This document shows positions 1 through 8,062 of a stretch of 64,000 nucleotides of DNA, piece by piece. Below the pieces are notes generated by a model. The model worked only from the letters and a program-made list of their open reading frames with translations. It ran no database searches and was not told where the DNA came from. The DNA lies in the NCBI GenBank assembly GCA_965242525.1, contig OZ251459.1, positions 3,744,001 to 3,808,000 on the forward strand, in the 5' to 3' direction. Position 1 is the first letter of the stretch; the number at the start of each line of letters is the position of its first letter. The position numbers and the translations under genes are program-made. Origin of the DNA: an uncultured Candidatus Binatia bacterium. Lineage in GTDB: Bacteria > Desulfobacterota > Binatia > UBA9968 > JAJDTQ01.

Positions 1-871
1 TGCCGGGGCGGTTCTTCTTCATCTGCACCGGGGAGAGCGTCACGTCACGGGCCCCCGCCTCGAACAGACGGTCGAGCACGTAGTCGTAGATCTCCGGGTT
101 CATGTCGTCGATGTGGGTCTCCATGACGAGCATCCGCTCATGGCCGAGGGCCGGCGCGCTCTCGCCCAGGACCACCCGCAGCACGTTGGGCCGGTCGGGA
201 AACTCCATGGCGCCCGCGCCGTAGCCCGTCCTTTCGATGCGCATTTCGGGAAGTTCGCCCGGCTGCGCGACAAGGGCCGAAAGGATGGCCGCGCCGGTGG
301 GGGTGACGTTCTCCCGGTCCAGGTCCGTCCCCTGGACCGGAAACCCCTTCAGCAACTCCAGCGTGGCCGGGGCGGGTGCCGGAAGCGCCCCGTGCCGGGA
401 ACCGACGAGGCCCCGGCCCAAGGGGACCACGGAGCAGGCGAAGCGGTGGACGTCCAGGCGGCAGGCGCCGACGGCGGCAGCCACCACGTCCACGATGGAA
501 TCGACCGCGCCCACTTCGTGGAAGTGGACGTCGTCCGGCGGGACCCCGTGGACCTTGCCCTCGGCCTCGGCCAGCCCGGAGAATATGGCGAGGCTCCGGG
601 ACTTCACCTCCGCGGAGAGGCGGCTGCGCTCGATCAGCCGCCGGATGCCTGCCCAGCTTCGCTCCGGCTGGGCCTCTCCGGGCAGGACCTGGAACCGGGT
701 CGCCCGGATCCCGTTGACCACCTTCTTGCCCACCCGGATGCGGAAGCCGACGCCCGGCAGCTTGTCCAGCTCTTCCTGGAGCACCCTGCGCGGAAGCCCC
801 AGGTCCATCAGCGCGGCCACCGTCATGTCCCCGCTGATGCCCGAGACCAGATCGAAGTACGCGACCCTCAT
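1..871 (-). CDS. larC: Nickel pincer cofactor biosynthesis protein LarC (3' end runs off the window)
   Basis: Not in the ORF track. Manual minus-strand translation from ATG at 871 gives MRVAYFDLVSGISGDM...AEGKVHG...VHFHEVGAVDSIVD...PAPAPAT...VTPTGAA...ETHIDDMNPE...MKKNRPG, which are LarC signature motifs. Confidence 0.93.
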   Translation of the reverse strand, partial: MRVAYFDLVSGISGDMTVAALMDLGLPRRVLQEELDKLPGVGFRIRVGKKVVNGIRATRFQVLPGEAQPERSWAGIRRLIERSRLSAEVKSRSLAIFSGLAEAEGKVHGVPPDDVHFHEVGAVDSIVDVVAAAVGACRLDVHRFACSVVPLGRGLVGSRHGALPAPAPATLELLKGFPVQGTDLDRENVTPTGAAILSALVAQPGELPEMRIERTGYGAGAMEFPDRPNVLRVVLGESAPALGHERMLVMETHIDDMNPEIYDYVLDRLFEAGARDVTLSPVQMKKNRPG

Positions 872-936
872 GCGAAGTGATGCCTACGAACTCGCTCGGA
901 CCGTGTCAAGGGTGCGGACGGTCCATCCATGTTCGG

Positions 937-1079
937 GGAACCTCCGAACAACCGAGACATCCGGGATGGATTCCCGATTCCTTCACCCTGACGCCCCTAT
1001 TTCCGTTCGTCCCGAGCGTAGCGAAGCGAAGTCGAAGGACGCTCTCATGCCCCCTCTGCCCCGATCGTTCGGATGTTCC
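937..1079. repeat. MITE-like element containing the PSTSLRYAQDER-type REP core
   Basis: Ends GGAACCTCCGAAC ... GTTCGGATGTTCC form a 13-bp inverted repeat with 1 mismatch. Internal CCGTTCGTCCCGAGCGTAGCGAAGCGAAGTCGAAGGACGC. Close homologue at 26516-26687. Confidence 0.8.
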
Positions 1080-1128
1080 TTTACTTGAAGGTCGAAGGCT
1101 GTTATCTTGCAGACTCTGCCTGAACGGT

Positions 1129-1204
1129 GGGGCCGTAGCTCAGCTGGGAGAGCGCCAGGTTCGCAATCTGGAGGTCGTGGGTTCGACCCCCATCGGCTCC
1201 ACCA
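1129..1204 (+). tRNA. tRNA-Ala (anticodon CGC)
   Basis: 76 nt. Acceptor stem GGGGCCG/CGGCTCC with G3:U70, D arm TAGCTCAGCTGGGAGAGC, anticodon arm CCAGG-TTCGCAA-TCTGG, T loop GTTCGAC, encoded CCA. Confidence 0.97.
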
Positions 1205-1253
1205 ACTCCACCTTCCACATCCGGGGGCGCGTCCGTCCCGACCCCCGTCCTCC

Positions 1254-4200
1254 CTACTCCGTTTCGAAGCCTTGATCCTGGAACTTTAGTGTGCGCCCGT
1301 TCTCCGTGACCGTGCGAACGACGTGGTCCGGCGCGCCGTCGGGGAGTTCGGCTTCGATCTCCAAAGTCACCACTACCTTCGCTCCGACGAGGCCGGAGAG
1401 ATGCGCGACCACTTCCTCGGCGATGCGGCTCGCGTCCCGGCCCACACGGGCGGTGTCCAGGGTCACCGCGCCGTGGAAGCGACGGACCTTCTTTTCAGGA
1501 GTCGGCGGCGCCGGTTGCGCGTCCCGCACCGCGTCCACCCCGGCGCCGGCAGGGGCTTCGGCGGTCGAGGGCAAGGGCGGGGGCGTTTCCGCGTCCAGTT
1601 GCCGGCGGGCGGCTGACGGTTCGACCAGCAAGGCCGCGCTCTCCGGCGGTACGCCGGCGGCCTGTCCGCCCGCCCGCAGGCCGCGATAGCGCCCCGCGGC
1701 CTCGTCATGGCTGTCGGCGAACGCGAAGGCGTCGGTCTCCCAGGTCAGCAGCGCCAGGCCGCCCTCGACCGCCCGTGCGAGCACCTCAGGGCCGGCCAAG
1801 CGGGGCAGGTACGGATAACGGGCGAAGTCCTCCACGAGTTGCCGAACCGCCACGTGCTCGCCGCGCCACAGCGGCACTTCGTCCATGTGCCTGCGCAGGA
1901 CGGTGGCGCCGAGGGACGCAACCAGCAACTCGTCGTTGCGCAGCCGCTTGCCGGCGCGCTCCGCCAGCGCGCCCGCCCCCGTCAGGCGAATGGCCTGCCA
2001 GGACAGCGCCGATTGCGGCGTGGCCTGCTCCGGCGCCAGCAGCCACTGGTACGCCTCCGGCAGCCGCGCGACCACCGTGTCGTCGGCCGCCTGGAGCCGG
2101 GTCTCCGCCTGCCGGGTCTGGTGGGGGTCCAGGTTGAGGTCCTCCTTGTCCTTCAGGATCGAGGTCCAGGCCAGGTACTGGCGCAGGGCCTCGTCCAGGT
2201 CCTGGTAGCGCACCCGGTCCGCGGCCAGGAAGACCAGGGTGTTGCGGTACAGCCGGGGCGCGCTGCCGCGGGATTCCAGGATCGCCCCGGCCGCGGCCTC
2301 GGCCGCGTTGCCCGGCTCCCGGGAAAAGAGGTGCTCCGCGGACAGCACCACCAGCCGCGCATCCAGTTCGTCGGGCACGTCCGCGCCGGAGCGGGGCAGG
2401 GCGTGGATGCGGTCGAAGTCTCCGCGGGCGCGCAGGTCCGCCTTCAGCCGATCCTCCAACTCCTTCGCCGCCGGGTCCGGATTGCGCCGCAACTCCTCGG
2501 CCCGGTCCTCGGCGAGCTTGGTCACCGTGGGCTGCGTGGCGTACCACACCCGCGCGCCGTCCTGGTAGAGGTAGGTGGCGGCCGCGGCCAGACGGCGCAG
2601 CGCGTCGCCGAAGAGCGCCGGGGTCTCCCCCGGCATGACGCAGCCGAGCTTGACCCGTCCGTCGTCGATGCCGCGGTGGGCCGCCGCGGTGGTGGGGGCG
2701 GATCCGAGATAGACGGTGCGCGCCACCCGCCGCGCCGCGGAGAGCTTGCCGAGGCTCGGGGTTTCGGCATCGATCCTGAGGGGCAGCGAGTTCGGGCCGT
2801 CCACGTCCTTCTCGATCACCGGCGTCCAGTGCTCCGGGAGGTAGCGCGTGAGCTCGTTCTGCACCCGCGGGTCTTCGATGGGGATGGTGGAGGGCAGGAT
2901 GAGGGAGTTGCGGTCGCCGCTCTCCCACAGGCTGTGGACCACCGCGGCCATCAGGCGCAGCACGCCGCGGGTGCGCTGGAACCGGGCCAGCGCGGACCAG
3001 TCCGTGTAGAGGCGGTCGAAGATCTCGGGATGGATGGGGAAGGCGGCCCGGATGCGCCGCTCGTAGTCCGCGGAACGGCATTCGGAAGGGAACTCCACGC
3101 GCTGCGCACGGTAGGCGTCCGCGAACGCCCGGGCGGTCACGTCGCGCTGCTTGAACGCTTCCGGCCCTTCGAGAGGCTCGAACAGACGCCGCCGCACGAT
3201 CTCGAAGCCTTCCTCCGCGCTCGCGGCCCGCCAGGGGGATTCCACCCGCGCCACCACGTTGCGAAGCCGGTCCAGGGCTTCGCGCCCGCGGAGGCCGCCC
3301 ACCTCCGCGTCGTCCGCCTCGGCATGGGGCGAGCCGGCGCCCGACGGCGACGCATCGGAGGACGGCAGCGAGACCACCAGCAGGCAGTCCTTCGTCACCT
3401 TCACCGCCTCGGTGAGCGCCTGGGCAAAGGTGAACTGGGTCTCGAAACTGCCCGCGGGCAGGTCGCTGCCGTCGTGGAGCTGGCGCGCATAGGAGACCCA
3501 CTCGTCGATGAGCACCAGGCACGGCCCGTGGCTTTCGAGCAACTCCCGCAGCACGTCGCCGGGGTTGGTGGCGCGCTCGTCGTCGGCCCGCACCCGCTCG
3601 AAGGCCTCGGCGCCGCCGAGCTGGTGCGCGAGTTCGCCCCACAGCGTGCGCACCACCGTGCCGTCCGGCTTGGTGACCGGGTTGCCGGGCGAGATCTTGT
3701 TGCCCACCAGCACCACGCGGCGCACCGCCGCCACCGCATCGGCATCGGCCGCGGCCAACACTTCGTCGGCGCCCGTCAACTCCCGGGGCGCGACGCCCGA
3801 GAACAGGTGGTACAGGGCCAGCATGGAGTGGGTCTTGCCGCCGCCGAAGTTGGTCTGGAGTTGCACCACCGGGTCGCCGTCCCGTCCGGCTAGGCGCCGC
3901 ACCGCGGTGGCAAGCAGCCCCTTCAGGCTCTCGGTCAGGAACGTGCGCCGGAAGAACTCGTGGGGGTCCCGGTACTCGTCCGCGCCCTCGCCCAGGTGCA
4001 CCTGCCACAGGTCCGCGGCGAACTCCGCCTGCTGGTAGCGCCCGCTCGCCACGTCCGGGTGCGGCGTCGCCACCTCGCGCCAGGGTTTGAGCGCCCCGCT
4101 CCCCGCCGCCTCCACCAGCGCGCCGGCCGCCTTGCGCTTCTCGCCGCGCACCTGCTCGTCGAACATCAGCCGGCGAAGCTCCCTCTTGATCTTTGCGACC

Positions 4201-4589
4201 TCGCCGGCCTGCGGCGCCGACACCGCGGCGAGCAGCCGCTCCGCCGAATCCATCGCCCGGTCCGCATCGTCGCCCGAGAAGCGTTCCTGGTGCGCCCACT
4301 TGTTGCGCCACTCGCGCAACTCCGACACCAGACTCCGTTCGCTGAAGCCCAGGGTGTGCCGAAACACGTCGTTCCAGGTCTCCCACATCAGCCGGAGCAG
4401 CCCGGAGACGTCCCACTCCTCCATCGGCCTGTCCGCCAACATCGGGTCCTCGACGAAGCGCCGGATGGCGTCCATGCGCACGGCCTGGACCTTGACCCGC
4501 TCTGTGACCTCACGGGCAACGAAGGGCGCAAGCCCGGCGCGGAGCAGTTCCATCGCCTTGCCGACGCGGTCGTGGTTGGTGGTGGCCAT
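1254..4589 (-). CDS. DUF499-family AAA+ ATPase with N-terminal Swt1-like HEPN domain
   Basis: 1111 aa. RNKWAH (Rx4H HEPN-like), EFAADL, Walker A QTNFGGGKTH, Walker B LVLIDE, FPIHPE, FQRTRGVLR. Confidence 0.9.
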   Translation of the reverse strand: MATTNHDRVGKAMELLRAGLAPFVAREVTERVKVQAVRMDAIRRFVEDPMLADRPMEEWDVSGLLRLMWETWNDVFRHTLGFSERSLVSELREWRNKWAHQERFSGDDADRAMDSAERLLAAVSAPQAGEVAKIKRELRRLMFDEQVRGEKRKAAGALVEAAGSGALKPWREVATPHPDVASGRYQQAEFAADLWQVHLGEGADEYRDPHEFFRRTFLTESLKGLLATAVRRLAGRDGDPVVQLQTNFGGGKTHSMLALYHLFSGVAPRELTGADEVLAAADADAVAAVRRVVLVGNKISPGNPVTKPDGTVVRTLWGELAHQLGGAEAFERVRADDERATNPGDVLRELLESHGPCLVLIDEWVSYARQLHDGSDLPAGSFETQFTFAQALTEAVKVTKDCLLVVSLPSSDASPSGAGSPHAEADDAEVGGLRGREALDRLRNVVARVESPWRAASAEEGFEIVRRRLFEPLEGPEAFKQRDVTARAFADAYRAQRVEFPSECRSADYERRIRAAFPIHPEIFDRLYTDWSALARFQRTRGVLRLMAAVVHSLWESGDRNSLILPSTIPIEDPRVQNELTRYLPEHWTPVIEKDVDGPNSLPLRIDAETPSLGKLSAARRVARTVYLGSAPTTAAAHRGIDDGRVKLGCVMPGETPALFGDALRRLAAAATYLYQDGARVWYATQPTVTKLAEDRAEELRRNPDPAAKELEDRLKADLRARGDFDRIHALPRSGADVPDELDARLVVLSAEHLFSREPGNAAEAAAGAILESRGSAPRLYRNTLVFLAADRVRYQDLDEALRQYLAWTSILKDKEDLNLDPHQTRQAETRLQAADDTVVARLPEAYQWLLAPEQATPQSALSWQAIRLTGAGALAERAGKRLRNDELLVASLGATVLRRHMDEVPLWRGEHVAVRQLVEDFARYPYLPRLAGPEVLARAVEGGLALLTWETDAFAFADSHDEAAGRYRGLRAGGQAAGVPPESAALLVEPSAARRQLDAETPPPLPSTAEAPAGAGVDAVRDAQPAPPTPEKKVRRFHGAVTLDTARVGRDASRIAEEVVAHLSGLVGAKVVVTLEIEAELPDGAPDHVVRTVTENGRTLKFQDQGFETE

Positions 4590-4612
4590 GGGGTCCTCCG
4601 TTTATCCTGCTT

Positions 4613-5185
4613 CTATCCGGCATCGGGCGGCATCGCCGCTTGCAGGCGTTCGACTCCTTCCAGGAAAACCTGGAAGCTGCGCGAACGGTTCTCCCGCGAC
4701 AGATGGCTCGCCATGCGCCTTGCCCCCAGACGCTTCTGGAACTCGGGTATCTGCTTGGCGATAGCCTTGGAGGGATGGACGACGGTATCCGGATTCCGGT
4801 ATTGCGCTCGGTTCAGTTCGCGGAGCGGGCGTCTTCGAGATTCCGGGAACGCCCGCACGAGCGCTTCCGGGTCACCGACGTACCAGGCTTCGAGCTCCCG
4901 GCAGACCACCCGAACGAGCGCATCGGGATGCCCGGCACTCCGGCACAGGTCGGCCAGCCTCGCCTTGAGTTGCCGACAGTCCGCGCTGTCCTGATCCCGC
5001 GCCACGACGAAACCCACGCCAGGCTCCCGCCAAGCCCGCAGCTTCCGCGGGATGCTCCTCTCCAAATCCTGCTTTCCGTCGTGGGGGACGCACTGGAACC
5101 GAAGTGCGGGAAAGAGCCTCGGCAGGAGACCGTCCAGCAAATCCGCCATCGACGGTTCCTCCACCAGAAAGACGATCTTCGTCAT
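4613..5185 (-). CDS. DUF4276-like TOPRIM-fold protein (partner of the upstream ATPase)
   Basis: Start MTKIVFLVEEPS overlaps the ATPase stop (ATGA). Motifs VVARDQD, ELEAWY and NRSRSF. Confidence 0.8.
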   Translation of the reverse strand: MTKIVFLVEEPSMADLLDGLLPRLFPALRFQCVPHDGKQDLERSIPRKLRAWREPGVGFVVARDQDSADCRQLKARLADLCRSAGHPDALVRVVCRELEAWYVGDPEALVRAFPESRRRPLRELNRAQYRNPDTVVHPSKAIAKQIPEFQKRLGARRMASHLSRENRSRSFQVFLEGVERLQAAMPPDAG

Positions 5186-6357
5186 TGCGGATCCGCGCCT
5201 TCGAACAGCCGCTGTCGCCAAAGCGCGCCGGGGAGGTCTCCTTCTTCGACCAGACCGCGCAGGAGTTGGCTGTCGCTTCCGCGCCGAACCACGGAGAACC
5301 CGTTCACCTTTTGCAGCCAGTAGATCTCGTCGAGTTTCGCGCCGCTCAGGAAATCGGGCGAGTGGGTCGAAACGAATGCCTGCCCGCCCCGGCGTGCGTA
5401 GTCCCTGAATTCTTCGATCAACTCGCCGAGCAGCGAAGGATAGAGCTGGTTCTCCGGCTCTTCTATGGCGAGGAGCGGATGTGGCTTCGGGTCGTGGAGC
5501 AACACCAGATAGGCGAACATCTTGATCGTGCCGTCCGAGACGTAGCGGGCGATGAACGGGTCCTTGAAGCTGCCGTCCCGGAACCGCAGCACCAAGCGGC
5601 CGTCCTCCGTAGGCTTCGCCTCTACAGCCTTCACCCCAGGGACGCGCGCGCGCATGGCTTCGAGCACACGCTTGAACTGCTTGGGGTGATGCTCGTACAG
5701 GTATTGGGCAACCTGCGCCACGTTGTCCCCTCGGCTAGAAAGATGTTCGGCATAACCGGCCTCAGCGCTTGGCCTCGCATCGGCGATATGAAAGTTCGAA
5801 ATGTGCCAGTTCTCGATCAGGCTTCGGAATTCCGAGACGACACGAAACTCTCGGAACTGGCCAAGGCCCTTGATCGCCAGGATGCTGGGATCGTCCAGCT
5901 CGTATTCTTCCCGCTCTTCGTCCGCGCCCGTCCCGTAAACAGACTCGTTCGTGATTGCTGTACCCTTGCCATTCGAGAAATCGACGAAGTGCCACGGGCG
6001 ACCGGACCCCTGACCTCTCCGATAGCGTAGCACCTCACGACCAACCACCACTCGGCTACCGTCAGCCGCTATTTCGAGTATGTACGTGGCCAGACGGCCA
6101 CCGCTCTCTCGAAACTTCACCGTAATCGCGATTGGACCTCGTTTCCCACGACTGACCAGTTCCCGGAACCCGCCGCGCCGAGCGACCGCGGAAGCGGCGT
6201 TGCCGGCGAGGGCATCCTTCAGGAACGTGAACACGTCGAACAGCGTCGATTTACCCGTTCCGTTTGCGCCGATGACTACAGCCATGGGAGGCAGCATCGT
6301 CAGTCCGACGTGACGGAACACGCGGTAATTCTTGATCTCTATCTGTTCGATCTGCAT
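5182..6357 (-). CDS. ABC/AAA_21-type ATPase
   Basis: Walker A GANGTGKS, signature SDGT, Walker B IEEPEN, H-loop STHS. Confidence 0.9.
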   Translation of the reverse strand: MQIEQIEIKNYRVFRHVGLTMLPPMAVVIGANGTGKSTLFDVFTFLKDALAGNAASAVARRGGFRELVSRGKRGPIAITVKFRESGGRLATYILEIAADGSRVVVGREVLRYRRGQGSGRPWHFVDFSNGKGTAITNESVYGTGADEEREEYELDDPSILAIKGLGQFREFRVVSEFRSLIENWHISNFHIADARPSAEAGYAEHLSSRGDNVAQVAQYLYEHHPKQFKRVLEAMRARVPGVKAVEAKPTEDGRLVLRFRDGSFKDPFIARYVSDGTIKMFAYLVLLHDPKPHPLLAIEEPENQLYPSLLGELIEEFRDYARRGGQAFVSTHSPDFLSGAKLDEIYWLQKVNGFSVVRRGSDSQLLRGLVEEGDLPGALWRQRLFEGADPQ

Positions 6358-6441
6358 TGAAGCCCGTCCTTACGAGATTCGTTGAACAAGACAGCGGCCA
6401 AGCTCGTAGCTCGGCGTCCAGGGAGGGATCGTCCCAACCGG

Positions 6442-6459
6442 GTGGTTGGTGGTGGCCAT
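6442..6459 (-). pseudogene. Remnant of the DUF499 gene 5' end (MATTNH)
   Basis: ATGGCCACCACCAACCAC is identical (18/18) to 4589-4572 and overlaps the upstream stop as TAATG. Confidence 0.75.
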
Positions 6460-8024
6460 TATTGCAGTTCCCTCCAGAGGCCGATTCGCTCCTCCAGCCC
6501 TCGGACCAGGTCGCCAACCTGGTATCCCATGGTCTCCGCCTCTTGCCGGCCAACGATCCTGGCCAAGTCCGCGACGCTCCTGTTCAGGCGACGGGCAAGT
6601 TCGCTCACCATCCGTTTTGCAGGCGCTCCCTTCTCCAAACTACGCGCCATCAACTGCTCGATAGCCCGCATCTGCTCTTCGATGTCGCCGGCGGACATAC
6701 CCAAGGAGGTTTCGTAGGCGTCAGGCCGGCGTTCCAGCACCTCCCAGACCCACTGCTCGGGTGGCCCATCGCTTGGCAGAAACAGCGGGCGGAAACCGTG
6801 ACCGTAGCGTTCGGCTATGCTTCTCAATTCCTCCTCCCGGTCCCTCGAATCGCCATCCAACACGAAAATGAAGCTCGAGAGGCCACGGAACTTGCCGAGC
6901 GCCCGGATGTGCGCCGGAAACTCGTCCCTGCCCGTGTTCCGGCCAATCAGGAAGTCGTCCGGGCGTAGTTGCAGCCGCGGCTGCAGGACATCGAGCACGC
7001 CAAGGAGGACTCCCTCCGCCACTTCGTCCTCGCAAAGGATGGAGAGTTGCTCGCGGGATTGACCGTACAGGGCCTTCTGGAAGATGTCCCGATGCGGTGG
7101 CAGCATCTGGACATCCAACGTCCGTTCGTCTCGATCCAGGAACAGCCTGCCTTCCGGAGGCACACTGTCGAGCACCACCGGACTGTGCGACGCCACGATG
7201 ATCTGCAATCTCTGGCGCAAGGCCAACCGCTGAAGCTCCAGCATGAGCTGCTGTTGCGTATAGGGGTGCAGGCCGGTCTCTATCTCGTCGATCAACACGA
7301 GCGCGTCTTCAAGGCCGGAGACGTCCCTGGAAATGCGCAATACCGTGCGTTCGCCGGAAGACATGTGGAACTCCGAATAGCGGGCATCCTCGTTGTCCTT
7401 TGCCTCCGCAAACAGAATGTCCCGCCCTTCGGCGCTGATGACGGACACTTGCCGGTAGCGCTGGGGCAAGATACTGTCGGAGAGCCGGAGCAGGTCCGGC
7501 GTTATGGTCGATGAAAGGTAGTTCTTGCGCATGAGCTGAAGCACGCCTCGCGTATCCGCAGGATTCGTGAGGTTGGGCAGCGTCCGCAGATAGACCTGTC
7601 GCGTGGGCTGCTTCGCCCCCCTGCGTCCCATGAAGCCCCGACTCCACGTTTTGCGCCGCCGCCACGTCATGGAAGTCCGCTCGCCGCCATCCACGTAGAA
7701 GTAGGCGAACTCAGCCTCCTCGATGCGATCCGACAGGGCGCCTCGCAGCCGATCGGTGAAGGCCGGAAACAGGCTGGCCGGCCGGAGCGCCGAGGACGCG
7801 ACGCCAAGCGGCTGGTACGCGCATGCGCAGGCGAGCAGCACCGTGGTCTTGCCGCAGCCATTGCCTCCCGCCAAAACCGATACGGGATAACGCAAAACCA
7901 CCCGCAGATCCTTGACGCCGCGGAAGTTCCTGACCCGAACCTCTTCCAGGCTGAAGTCACGTTGCGGATTCGTTGCCCGCAACACATTCCAAACGGTAGC
8001 CAGCTCTGCGCCAATCAACGACAT
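6459..8024 (-). CDS. OLD-like ABC ATPase fused to a C-terminal TOPRIM domain
   Basis: Likely start MSLIGAEL (8024). Walker A GGNGCGKT, MSSGE, LIDEIE, ASHS, then LCED...LDGD TOPRIM motifs. Confidence 0.82.
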   Translation of the reverse strand: MSLIGAELATVWNVLRATNPQRDFSLEEVRVRNFRGVKDLRVVLRYPVSVLAGGNGCGKTTVLLACACAYQPLGVASSALRPASLFPAFTDRLRGALSDRIEEAEFAYFYVDGGERTSMTWRRRKTWSRGFMGRRGAKQPTRQVYLRTLPNLTNPADTRGVLQLMRKNYLSSTITPDLLRLSDSILPQRYRQVSVISAEGRDILFAEAKDNEDARYSEFHMSSGERTVLRISRDVSGLEDALVLIDEIETGLHPYTQQQLMLELQRLALRQRLQIIVASHSPVVLDSVPPEGRLFLDRDERTLDVQMLPPHRDIFQKALYGQSREQLSILCEDEVAEGVLLGVLDVLQPRLQLRPDDFLIGRNTGRDEFPAHIRALGKFRGLSSFIFVLDGDSRDREEELRSIAERYGHGFRPLFLPSDGPPEQWVWEVLERRPDAYETSLGMSAGDIEEQMRAIEQLMARSLEKGAPAKRMVSELARRLNRSVADLARIVGRQEAETMGYQVGDLVRGLEERIGLWRELQ

Positions 8025-8062
8025 GTCGGTTCCCAAAGGCACACTTCGGTGGTTGTTGGTCC

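Noticed and set aside
113-1088. Plus-strand ORFs at the window start
   Set aside because: They are antisense to larC, which carries clear family motifs.
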